A stretch of 64,000 nt of DNA from Eledone cirrhosa. Lineage: Eukaryota. Made by a program: the position numbers and the translations under genes. Location of the stretch: positions 274,350,001 through 274,414,000 of the forward strand of contig OZ024740.1 in the NCBI GenBank assembly GCA_964016885.1. Direction: 5' to 3'. Position 1 is the stretch's first letter. Every line of letters begins with the position of its first letter. Shown in pieces: positions 26,557 through 38,700 of the stretch. Under the pieces are notes generated by a model. The model did not search any database. It saw nothing but the letters and a program-made list of their open reading frames with translations, and was not told where the DNA came from.

Positions 26557-26885
26557 TAATGAAGAGCATTTGCTTGCTCTATACCAAAAAAAAAAAAGAG
26601 AGATTATATTAAACTAGGGTGAAAAAAAATGAAAGTTATAACATGATTGCAAACAGAAGTTGAAAGGAAATATCAAAATGAAATAATGAGGTGCATGCAT
26701 GTCTGTGCTATCAAGAAATTTGCCTCACAACTATATAGTTTGAGGCTAGATCCAAACAGCAGAGCACTTCAAATAAGTGTTTTCTACAATACCCCAGCAA
26801 TTGATCTAAGATTTGGAAGTGAAATTTAGTAGAAGAAAATTGTGGAAGAATGTCAGTTGAACTATTTTTGTTCTTGTAATATAGA

Positions 26886-26936
<51 letters not shown>

Positions 26937-27146
26937 TTTCTGAATTTGTTTAGCAAGATTCTTTATCTGAAATCGTGTGTTGAAACCGATATTGTTATAC
27001 TTTGGGAGGGTCATGTTGCCAATAAGAAACACACGCACCAGTTGCTTTCACTTCAATTTATTATATATTTATAAATTTATAAATTTACAAACTTATAAAT
27101 TTCTGGTTGGTTGGTTGGTTCCACAACCAGATAGTTGTTTATATAT

Positions 27147-27190
27147 AGTCATAGTCCTTTCGTCACACACTCTGTGACCTCTTCAGTGAC
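27147..27190 (-). ncRNA. Type I hammerhead ribozyme (family B)
   Basis: Minus strand reads gtca CTGAAGA g gtcaca gagtg tgtgac GAAA ggac TA tgac. Confidence 0.75.
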
Positions 27191-27426
27191 AATTAAGGAC
27201 AAAATGAAAACACACACAGGACAAAATGAAAACACACACACACATAGAACAAACAACCAACCAACAATAAATAAATAAATAAATAAACAAATAGATAAAT
27301 GAACACAAACACACACAGACACCTGGATGTGGCGCATGCGCAAACTGAGCACACAACACACACGCAGAAACAAAATGGCGTAGGATAGAAGAAAGGAAAG
27401 GCACAGAAACGAAGAAAGGAATCCCC

Positions 27427-27471
27427 AGTCACTGAAGAGGTCACAGAGTGTGTGACGAAAGGACTATGACT
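27427..27471 (+). ncRNA. Type I hammerhead ribozyme (family B)
   Basis: Stem I agtca/tgact; CTGAAGA 27432-27438; stem II gtcaca/tgtgac; GAAA 27457-27460; minimal stem III ggac; TA. Confidence 0.8.
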
Positions 27472-27737
27472 ATATATAAACAACTATCTGGTTGTGGAAC
27501 CAACCAACCAACCAGAAATTTATAAGTTTGTAAATTTATAAATTTATAAATATATAATAAATTGAAGTGAAAGCAACTGGTGCGTGTGTTTCTTATTGGC
27601 AACATGACCCTCCCAAAGTATAACAATATATATATATATATATATGCAAAAGTTCTATTTAAAATTGTTGGGATACAACAAGTAAATATTTTTATAACTG
27701 ATATAAAGCACTCGACAAGTATTTGGAGTAGATATAA

Positions 27738-27842
27738 TCCCGCCGAGGTTAACTTTGCCTTTCATCCTTACAGGGTCGATAAAATAAAGTACCAGTAATG
27801 CACTGGGTATTTGCTGGCCTTGTGCCAAAAGTAGAAACAATT
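27738..27842 (+). mobile_element. 5'-truncated family 1 SINE
   Basis: tcccgccgaggttaactttgcctttcatcc...gccttgtgccaaaagtagaaacaatt. Confidence 0.85.
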
Positions 27843-27872
27843 AATATCCTATATATATATATATATATATAT

Positions 27873-28116
27873 AGTAATAATAATAAATTTGAAGATTAAA
27901 ATCCAAAGAGGGCTCGATAAGGATAAATATATATCAAATATCAAATATACAAGAACCATAGAGAAAATATTTATTAAAATAACAGATTAAAGTTTAAGCG
28001 AAGAATCGCTGCTTTCCCCCTTAACGGGATCTTCTGAAACTCAGTTTCAGAAGATCCCGTTAAAGGTGAAAGCAGCGATTCTTTGCTTAAACTTTAATCT
28101 GTTATTTTAATAAATA
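27873..28116. mobile_element. PLE family A fold-back: two pLTR 3' ends joined around a single base (28042), each carrying the U4A hammerhead variant (27991-28041 minus, 28043-28093 plus)
   Basis: ...gatcttctgaaact C agtttcagaagatc... with arms about 27968-28041 and 28043-28116; 27873-27970 matches the reverse complement of about 3317-3412. Confidence 0.85.
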
Positions 28117-28387
28117 AATATATATATATATATTTATATATATATATAGATAGATAGATTGATAGAGTCTGCGATGCTGAGACTGAGGAGACCACCTATC
28201 ATGTGAGTATTAAATACATGGTGAGATGTAGAGTGTGTATAGAGATGTGTAAAATCCCAACTGTGGTGCAAAACTGTTTTGGTTCGTATGTTAATCTTAA
28301 CACACAAGCTGAAAACACTTGACACCACAGTCAGGATTTTACACAGTTCTCTCTCTTTCTCTGTCTTTATATATATATATATATATA

Positions 28388-30617
28388 TCATCATCATCAT
28401 CATCATCACTGTTTTACGTCTCTTCGTCCATGCTAGCATGGGTTAGACGGGTTGTCCTGTTGTGGGCAGTGTCTGGTCGGCTGACCATGCCTTGCTCATA
28501 CAGGAACTGAATTTGGCTTGATTTCTACAGCTGGATGCCCTTCCTAACACCAACCTCATTTACAGTGAGTACTGGGTGCTTTTTTCCGTGGTGCCTACAC
28601 GTCCACTTTACAGTGTGGGCTGGGTGCTTTTTTGCCATGGCACCTCCACGACCACCTTGCAGTGGGAGGGTGTGGGGACATATTATCTATATGCTTCAGC
28701 TTGTACCCATGGGGGGTCGGGTACTCTGTATTATTGCATGACACCAGAGGTCACGGTCGTGTGTCATCGCCTTTGAGAGGTGTAATTGGGTAAGGTTGGC
28801 TTGTATCACCTCATCCCAGGTTTTCTTGGGTCTCCCCACCTCACGGTTTCCATTGACTTCTAATGCTCTGGACCTTTTTATGCCGCTGTCATCCTTCATA
28901 CACATCACATGTCCATACCAACGCAACCTCCTCTCCTTCACACAGCATTTGATTCTTCTTATGCTCAGTCTCTCTCTCAATTCATTTATGCCGTTATTGT
29001 CGTTCGCGTATATTACTATTACACATCTATCAGAGCAGGCAGGCTTCGTTTCTCTCTAATCTATGTAAGTCTTCCACCTTCAGCGCCCAGGTCTCACTAC
29101 TATGTAACATTGCTGTTTGGATACACGCATCATATATTCTGCCTTTCATTTTGAGGGAGAAGCTTTTTGCAGCTAGCAGTGGCAGTAGTTCCCTGAACTT
29201 CTTCCATCCCGTTCTTACCCTAGTTATTGTACTTTCTGAACACCCACCTCCGCTGCTAATTCGGTCACCTAGGTAGCAGAAGCTGTCTACTGTTTCTACA
29301 GAGCCCTCCCAGAGATTGGTGGTACTTGTTTCCTGTGGCAGTTTGCTGCTTGCTGTCCCAGCACAGCTGCTACATGTGAAGCCTACATTCTTACTTAAGC
29401 TTCCTGAGATCCTGCTACATCTCTTGTTTACGAATTGTTTGCATTTGGAGGCAGAGAATGGAGTTCCTACCTACACCTTTCCTACATACTGAGCAAGGCC
29501 ATTTCCCTGAGGGGATCTGGGTTCTGTTTTCTCGTCTACTTACAAGGACCTTAGTCTTTGTCATGTTGACTTTGAGACCCTTTCTTTCTAGTCCCTGCTT
29601 CCAAGTTTGGAATTTCTTCTCTAGTTCTACCATAGATTCAGCTATAAGTGCGAGGTCATCAGAAAACAGGAGTTCCCATGGGCATCTGGTCTTAAACTCC
29701 TCCATTATTGCCTGCAAGACTATGATGAACAGGAGAGGGCTAAGAACAGAGCCCTGGTGGACATCAACCTGTACGCTAAATTCCTCACTATACTCATTGC
29801 TAATCCAAACTTTGCTGACTGCTCCCCTATTCATGGCTTGTACAGCTTTCATAAGCCATTCATCTACTCCTAGTTTTCTAAGAGCCCACCAAATTACAGC
29901 ACGTGGAACTCTGTGAAAGGCTTTCTCGAGATCGACGAATGCCAGGTAGAGTGGCTTACTTTTAGCTAGGTACTTTTCCTGTAAGTGCCTCACAATGAAG
30001 AGGGCATCAGTAGTGCCTCTTCCTCGTACAAACCCAAATTGCATCTCATCTAGTTTCACCCGGTCCCTAATCAACTGTGCTATAACTCTTTCTGTTACTT
30101 TCATGACCTGGTCCATCAGCTTTATACCTCTATAGTTTCCTCTATCTAGTGCATCACCTTTACTTTTGTAGCAGTTGACAATGATGCTACTGCACCAATC
30201 TTTTGGTATGACACCTTCCAGTATTACCTGGTTAACAATACGTGTGGTTATAGTGTGACTTACAGACCCAGATGCCTTCAGCATCTCGGCAGCTATACCC
30301 GATGGACCGGTTGCCTTCCCCATCTTCATTTCTTCGATTGCCTTACTTACTACGCTGCTACTAACTTGTACTGCTGGCCCCTCTATAGGGTCTACTTGGG
30401 GTAGGGTTTCTTCTTCCCATGCATTCTCCTCATTTAGTAATCTATCATAATGGCTCTTCCCTGCATCTTTCTTCTCAGCACTTGTGAGGGCAAGCTCACC
30501 TTTATCATTCCGGATACACTTCTCTCCAATGACATCACAATTCTCTCTGACACATTGCCTCGCAATCTTGAACACCTGTTTCTGGTCCTCACGTTGCAAA
30601 ACATGCTTGAATTTTCT
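28388..30617 (-). mobile_element. 5'-truncated RTE-clade LINE (RT region, 3' UTR, (GAT)n tail), with frameshifts
   Basis: ORF 29415-30599: NYRGIKL, QFGF, AFVDLEKAF, HQGSVLSPLLF, LLFSDDL, GLKVNMTKTK; ORF 28696-28980: RRLRWYGHV..GRPKKTW; catcatcat tail at about 28388-28407. Confidence 0.95.
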
Positions 30618-31247
30618 AAAGAAATCCTTATTATTATGATGACTGATCCATTTACATATCTACTAATCTGTATATTTTGTGTTTATGTCTATGTACTAGT
30701 TGAAAGCATCACACATTAGCATCCCCATCTACCCACAATCTTGAACTTTAAACACTGTATTATATTAAAACTAATAACTCTGAAAGAACAGCAACTTCCA
30801 CCTATATGTAAAGGTGTGGCAAGGATTTTCCTTACACTTCATTATTCACAAGTCTGATGAGCTATCCAAAGTTAGGCCCAATCTTGAGCCATCATATTTT
30901 AAGCTGATCGATGACAAATAGAATGTATATAAGATGCTAAATTGATACTTTTTACCCACTTATTAATTAATTAATTAATATTATTAAACTCAACTTTTTA
31001 TGGATACCAAAGCCAGTGACAACACAGAATGAGTCCAAGTGCTGTAGCTGGGTCCATGCCATAACATTCAGTATTTAAACCAGAGAACCATCAGTAACTG
31101 AATGTTACACATCAAAGAGCTATTTATATAGATATATATATATATTTGCATGACTCGGAATTTGTGTTACTTTTCGCTTTTTCTACTCGCCGAAATGCGA
31201 TTCTCGCTGAATTTATATTTGATATATATACATATATATATATATAA

Positions 31248-31317
<70 letters not shown>

Positions 31318-31329
31318 AGAAAAGAAAGA

Positions 31330-31529
31330 TATGTAAAAATCCTGACTGCAGCCCCAACCCAAGCAGCTTCAGTTTGTGTGTCCAGCAAGCCTTTCTGAAT
31401 ACACAAGCTGAAACTGCTTGGTGCAGCAGTTGGGATTTTACATATCTCTATACCCACTCTACATCTTCCCATGTATCGATTACCCACATGATTAGTGGTC
31501 TCCTCGGTCTCATCACTGCAGACTCTATT

Positions 31530-31560
<31 letters not shown>

Positions 31561-31602
31561 AATAACAGATTAAAGTTTAGTCTTCAAATTTATTATTATT
31601 AC

Positions 31603-31605
<3 letters not shown>
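31330..31605 (-). repeat. Inverted paralogue of about 27870-28340 (unclassified repeat plus PLE family A end), lacking the central hairpin
   Basis: atagagtctgc..gaggagaccac..atcatgtg..gatgtagagtg..gtaaaatcccaactg is shared, as are the adjoining aaactttaatctgttattttaataaat and gtaataataataaatttgaaga segments. Confidence 0.7.
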
Positions 31606-31636
<31 letters not shown>

Positions 31637-31812
31637 CCAAATGTAAGTGTACAAACCAATCAAGAAGGAGAGATTTGAAATTAGCTGTGAGAATTATAAG
31701 CCTGTAGCGAAGAAGACATGCTGAATGCGTATAAAATGCAAGACAAGTGTACAGTGAAACCAAGCAAGAAAATATGTCATACAAAAGGAAATAGTTGGAG
31801 CATTAATATAAA

Positions 31813-32345
31813 AATTATAGTGGAAGAATAAACAACCAAATTCTTGAAAAAATGTTTATTGGTTTACAATTGTTTCAAATGCCAAACCATAATTCGATCC
31901 ATAAAAAACAAAATCTATTAATTTTTGAATTGATAAGTCCAGGTGATATTAAAATCGAACTGTGATTGGTCTTCACATTCAGAACACAAAAAGAATATAA
32001 ATATAGAATTCAAAAATACATGTCACTGATGGAGAAGATTATAAAAAAACATGAAACACATACCATACTAATTACCAATAGAAGGATTAAATTTGAAGGA
32101 CTAAACATTATTATTCAAAGAAACATGCTAGGTGCGTTAATTTAGATGGATTGACATAACCAGAAGTAAGTATAAATAGCAAGGGACATAAATAAAGTTC
32201 GATTTTAATATCACCTGGACCTATCAATTTAAATCTTGATAGGTTTTGTTTTTATGGATCGAATTATGGTTTGGCCTTTGAAATAATTGTAAACCAATAA
32301 ATATTTTTTCAAGAATTTGGTTGTTTATTCTCCTACTATAATTTA
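31813..32345. repeat. About 150-bp inverted repeat (about 31813-31961 and 32196-32345), probable decayed PLE pLTR pair
   Basis: The arms are reverse complements. Each ends GAAA-(c/t)aattg-TA-aacc-AATAAA like the hammerhead 3' halves elsewhere, but no CUGANGA is present. Confidence 0.75.
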
Positions 32346-32556
32346 TATCGACATTCGATCGACTTTCATCAAATTGGACCGAGGAAACAGTGTTTCCATT
32401 GGTATTTCCAATGGCTAATACTATCTATCGGTTGCAACTCCAGGTAGTAGAAAAAACGTGAAATAAAGTGTCTTGCTCAAAGACATAATGCATCGTCCTG
32501 TCCAAGAATTGAATTCACAACCTCACGATTGCGAATCCACTTGGCCGCACACCTTC
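32345..32556 (-). mobile_element. tRNA-derived SINE remnant; related copy on the plus strand at about 56229-56450
   Basis: Shared gcaagacactttatttcacg core, gattc(g/a)caatcgtgagg head and gaaaca(c/t)tgtttcct..gtcc.atttgatgaaa tail. Confidence 0.65.
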
Positions 32557-32561
32557 ACTAT

Positions 32562-32622
<61 letters not shown>

Positions 32623-34709
32623 ACACACACACACACACATATATATTTATATATGTAGAAGGTAAACAGAAATAACAACACAATCGGTACAGTATATGGA
32701 AGGAATATATTAAGTTAACGCTTGAAATAGCAGGAAGAGGGTCTTAACATTTCGGACGCTAGTTCTTCATTAAAAGAAAGAATGAGAAATTAGAAAGATT
32801 GAAGGGATGGGCTGGGTGGAATTGGAAAAAATGTTTTAGAGAAAAATAAGAGGTCCATTCATGTTGCCATCTCTTGGAAAACTCAATTGTATATATATAT
32901 TATCTAAAGTTTTAAACCCTACACTGGGATGATACAATGGAAATTTCCATTTAAACTTGACGACAAGGCTGACATGCTTTAAATAATATCTACCCCACAC
33001 TTTCTTTAACATATTATATACTAAGTTTAAAAATGGTCTTACTAGACTCAATTAGTAACATCTTATCCATATACAAACACACAATCGGAGACACACATAG
33101 ACACACATATATATATATATATAATTCTTATTACATAAATGTGTACATACATACACACACAAACATAGATAGATCTAAGAACATCATCACCAATAACTCG
33201 CCATCCACCAGTGCACCTAATATCACCAAATACTAACAAACTTACAAAACCTTACAAATTCATAGATAAATTATCTATGCATGTTGTACTTCAGAAACTG
33301 AAACATTTTTTTCTACTTCTCACCACACCATCATACAAAAAATATCTCAATAGCCACTATAGGAAGTATTACATAATGTTGTTTTTTTTATTGAATGGGG
33401 AAAAAATCGACAAAATACTAACTAGAACATAACAGAGTTGTGTTAAATAAAAAATAAACAATTTAATCAAGTGAAAATACTAAAGAGAAACAAAATTTAT
33501 CTAACCTTACTTTTAAAAAAAAGGAATAAAAATGACGAACTGTACTTGAAATTCAGTGAAAAATACTCCACTAAATGTTAAAGAAAGAAGAATAATGGGA
33601 TGGAAAATAAAACGAAAAAAAAGTAGAATTTTTAGGTTTACTTCTTTACAAGGTGTGAATCTGATGGACAATTGATTATGCTGGGAAATGATTGTCCCGA
33701 GGCATAATAAGTGAGGTGGCAAATAAACTTATCTAAACTTAACAAACAATGTCATTTGGTGCAGTTATAAGAGAAACAACATTTTCTTTCAATTATTTGC
33801 AGCCACAATACCTATCCGAACCCCCTAAAAAAAAATAATTTTTTTCTTTATAAATAAATCTTATATAAACCGTATGACTAAATCAATCCCATGTGTACTC
33901 TGCTGACAAATGCAGCTTTCTAACTCATATCAGAGATTTTGTTTCTTTAAATCTTTATATTTTATTTTATTTTCCACAAAAATTTTGTCTTCCTTGAAAC
34001 AAATACATCCTTCTTTCAGATACAATTTAGAGCTGTATATGGAAAGATTCAAAGACAGCCATATTTCTCTGATAACCTGCCTCTCTTCTTTACTATCTCT
34101 CTATTTATCTATCTACCTACATGATATGTTCTACAAATGCAGTTTTACTTACATTCTTGTGCATATCTAACTGTCCCTCAGTTAATCTAAATATTGGCCA
34201 ATCAATTTATTTACCTGTCTATCTTATATATCCATATCTATGCTTATATACCCATCTACTTTGTATCTGTTTATACATGTCTGTGCATCTCTATCCTTAT
34301 TCAAATTTACATATCTATCCCCCTATATCTCTGTGACTCTTTCATCTACTCTTTCACATCAATTATAACCACTTGTATGTATGTTTGTTTTCTTGCTTAT
34401 CTATAGCTTCTTGTCCCACTGTATGCCTGTTTACACACTTATCTATCATTTATTCTCTGTATCTGCTTATATATGTTGGTTGTCTTTTACATTTACCTTC
34501 AGTCAGCTGGTCTATCTTTTTAGCAAGCAGGGAAAAGTGGACGTAAAATGATGATGATGATGATTATATATATATATATATTTATATATATGCTTGCTTC
34601 TCTCTACTGACATCTGTCTATTTATCTATCTAGTCATCCATTCATCTATCAACCAAAAATGACCTGTCTGTTAGTCCATCTGCCTGTCTCTCTTTCGCTC
34701 TCCCCCACC

Positions 34710-34813
<104 letters not shown>

Positions 34814-35419
34814 AATATATGTATATATGTATATATATATATGTATGTATATACATGTATAATATATGTATATATATATATATGTATAAGAGAGTATTGA
34901 AGTTTGCTTGAAGCATTGTGGAACAATAAGTAAATATCTTTAAGTCGTTTAGAAGCCTCGACAATGCAAATGGGTAAATCTCCGGGTAACAAGGTCCGGT
35001 GGTGGAGAGAGAGATGTAAGTGGGTGTACGTTGAGATGCGTGGTGTGTATAAGATGTGTGAGATGTGTAGAATGAAGGGAAGAGTATAAAGGATAAAAAT
35101 AAAAATAACAACACAAGAGAGAGTTACCTTGGGAGAGATTTAATAGTCCCTATATATTTCGGATTCACATCCATCAACTGGGGTGTTTTTCCGGGGTGGG
35201 GAAAAGGTTGTCTGTCGGAGAAGTCCGGCACGCGTCTTTCGCTGTTTGTTGTTTTGAATATCTGGCAATATATATGTATAATATAACATATATATATCTT
35301 AAGGGCGGCCGTCCAGGGTAGAAGCTGCTAAATGGTTGGTCGCCCTTATGTCTCTGATTTTCAGCCCCATGAAATTTGTCTATTATATTCCTTTGTTATA
35401 TTCCTTTGTTATATTTCGA

Positions 35420-35477
35420 ATACCTGATGATGTCACCGGATTCATACTGAACCCGGTCATTGAAATGATCATAGTAT
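35420..35477 (+). ncRNA. Type I hammerhead ribozyme (canonical core) followed by AATAAA, in a pLTR-like segment (about 35300-35670)
   Basis: Stem I atac/gtat; CTGATGA 35424-35430; stem II accgg/ccggt core; GAAA 35462-35465; palindromic stem III TGATCA; TA; then aataaa. Confidence 0.75.
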
Positions 35478-35759
35478 AATAAACCTTTTAAGGAATTACA
35501 CCAGTCCCGCCTCCTGTTATTTTATAATATTTAACTCCGTACTCGCACCACCAACTACACAAACAAAGACGGGTGAGTTGCATTACGTCGAGTGCTCTCC
35601 ATAATATTACATCGAGGTTGAACACACAGAATGACCAGTTCTATCCAGTGGTGAACCAACAAACCTAAATAAATATATAACATATACATATGTATATGTA
35701 TAATATTTATATATATACATATATGTATACATATAGAGAGAAAAATATGGAGAGAAAAA

Positions 35760-38700
35760 TCTGGAGAGAAAAATCTGGACGCTCAGAGCGAAAATGCCAA
35801 AGTTAAAGTCAAATTCACCTCGTGGACGAGAATGCGAGCACTCCTCTTTGTTTCGTCCGCGGATGGCTAACATAACCCTATCTCCCCCCGCCCCCCACCA
35901 CCCCCACCCTCCAAACGCAACCCAAAACTTCAGAGTTGGTACCATAAATGTAGGCACCCTAAAGGGTCGCGCTAACGAGGTTGTAGAAATGCTTGAACGT
36001 AAGGAGGTCGATGTTTGTTGTATTCAAGAGACCAGGTGGAGGGGTGGGTCTGCTAGATTCATTGAGGGTAAAAAACGATGTTATAAGCTTTTCTGGGTGG
36101 GAAACGACGATGGGCTGGGTGGAGTAGGAATCATGGTAGCAGAAAAGTGGGCAGATAAGATAATAGACGTAAATAGAGTGAACGACAGAATAATTAAAAT
36201 ACGACTTGTCCTCAATAGAACTACGGTGACAGTAATATCTGCGTACGCACCCCAATCCGGACTGCCCGGCACTATAAAAGACAGATTCTATGAGACACTG
36301 TTGCTAACTACCTCCCAAATATCTGACAGTGACTATATAATTATTGCAGGCGACCTAAATGGTCACGTTGGACAACATTGTGACGGCTACGACGAAATCC
36401 ATGGAGTCTATGGGTTTGGTACTAGAAATGAGGAAGGCGCCAGAATCCTGGAATTCTGTGATGCAAATAACCTAACTATCTGTAACACTAACTTCAAAAA
36501 ACGTGACAATCACCTGATCACCTATAGATCCGGGGAACACACAAGCCAGGTAGATTATATCCTTACCAGAAGACGTGACAGAGTGTCTGTTGTAAACACT
36601 AAATCCCTCCCCCATGAAGAATGCACCTCCCAACATAGACTGATAATTAGCGACCTCATAGTCAGGACGAGACGTACTCGACAGCAGAAGAGGACTATCC
36701 TCAGGAGGAAAATATGGAAGCTAAAGGACCCCACAGCCAGAAATAAATTTCAAAGCATATTACTTGATGCTTTCGACAGTAAGGAAGAGCATCTAGAATC
36801 GGACAATATAGAGGGACAGTGGGAATTTCTGAAAGCAAACCTGCTGTTGGCGACAGACGAAGTCTGTGGCTGGAGCAGGCCTGTAGGCAGGAGGAGAGTA
36901 ACATGGTGGTGGAACAGTAAGGTGGAGGGGTCAATTAAGGCCAAAAAGCAGGCTTGGAAAGTATGGCGGGATGGGGGAAGTAGAGTAGACTATCAAGTGG
37001 CCAGGAGGGAAGCTAGGAGAGAAGTGTACTTAGCAAGAAGGGAAGCTGAGGAAAGAAAGTTCAAGCATGTTCTACAACGCGATGACCAAAAACGTGAGGT
37101 GTTCAGGATTGCTAGGCAATGCGTCAAGGAAAACCGTGATATTGTCGGGGAGAAGTGTGTACTTAACGATGATGGCATACTTGCCATCACCGACACTGAT
37201 AAGAAGGTAGCTTGGAAGTGTCACTATGAAAGGCTACTAAATGAGGAGAATAAATGGGAGAAAGACAGTCTCCCCCATATCGACCCAATAGAGGGACCAG
37301 CAGTGTTAGTCGAGGGGAGTATAATAAGTAAGGCAATCAAGGATATGAAGACGGGTAAGGCGGCTGGGCCTTCGGAAATAGTTGCTGAGATGCTGAAGGC
37401 ATCTGGCACGGTGGGACACACCATGGTCACCCGCATAGTTAACCAAGTCGTACAGAATGGGGTTGTTCCGAAGGACTGGCATAGCAGCATCATTGTTAAC
37501 TGTTATAAGGGTAAAGGAGACGCCCTAGATAGGAGTAACTATAGAGGCATTAAATTAATCGACCAGGTCATGAAGGTCACGGAAAAAGTAATAGCGCAAC
37601 TAATCAGAGAGAGAATTGACCTAGATGAAATGCAGTTCGGGTTTGTGTCAGGCAAAAGCACCACAGACGCTCTTTTCATAGTACGACAACTACAGGAGAA
37701 GTACCTAGCTAAAGGTAAACCCCTCTACTTAGCTTTTGTCGACCAGGAGAAAGCCTTCGACAGAGTCCCCCGCTCCATTATCTGGTGGGCTCTTAAAAAA
37801 CTAGGCGTTGACGAATGGCTTGTGAGGGCTATACAAGCCATGTATAAAGAAACAGTCAGCAAGGTTTGAATTAACAACGAATATAGTGAAGAGTTTAGCG
37901 TAAAAGTTGGCGTCCATCAGGGCTCTGATCTCAGCCCCCTACTATTTATTATTGCCCTGCAGGCTATAACAGAGGAGTTCAAGACAGGCTGCCCATGGGA
38001 ACTCCTATATGCAGACGACCTGACACTCATAGCGGAATCAATGGCCGAGCTAGAGAAGAAATTCCAAACATGGAAGCACGGCCTAGAGTCAAAAGGACTT
38101 AAAATTAACCTGGCTAAGACCAAAGTTCTAGTTTGTAGGAAAGAAAACAAGGCGGCGGTCCCTTCTGGGAAATGGTCGTGCTCGGTGTGTAGGAAAGGCG
38201 TAGGTAGAAACTCCATTTTATGTCCTAAATGCAAAGTATGGGTGCATAAAAGATGTAGTGGGATCACAGGTAAGCTAACTAAGAACATAGATTTTACATG
38301 TGGCCGGTGTTCTGGTGCAATAAGTAGCAGCAAGTGCCCACAAAATACTAGCTCTTTCAATTGCGCAGAGGGTTCTATAGAAATAGTGGACAGCTTCCGT
38401 TACCTGGGCGATAAAATCAGCAGTGGGGGAGGGTGCTCTGAAAGTACTGTAGCTAGAGTCAGAACTGGTTGGAAAAAGTTCAGAGAGCTTATACCACTAT
38501 TAGCTGCTAAAGGGTTCTCCCTAAAAATGAAAGGCAGGTTGTACGATGCCTGCATACGAACAGCAATGTTGCATGGCAGTGAGACCTGGGCATTGTGTGC
38601 AGAGGATATACGCAGACTAGAGAGGAACGAAGCTTGCATGCTCCGCTGGATGTGTAACAGTAATATACGTGAACGGCAAAGCATAAACGAACTAAGGAAA

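Larger units (their letters stand above)
26934..27629. mobile_element. Non-coding PLE pLTR-like element (family B) with about 202-bp inverted arms (26989-27190 and 27428-27629), flanked by (TA)n
   Basis: The arms are reverse complements (ORFs 26977+ and 27441- give the same translation) and each carries a hammerhead. A related copy lies at 60329-60790. Confidence 0.85.

Noticed and set aside
29458-29916. Antisense ORFs over the RTE copies (also 35959-38901, minus)
   Set aside because: Shadow frames of the LINE coding sequence.
30853-30910. CTGATGA as a hammerhead core (likewise CTGANGA at about 21494, 42631, 44030 and 49778)
   Set aside because: No pairing stem II followed by GAAA and a closing stem I.
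35700-35800. HDV-like ribozyme at the RTE 5' end
   Set aside because: Known from some RTE elements, but only about 40 bp separate the microsatellite from the ATG and no nested double pseudoknot could be built by eye.
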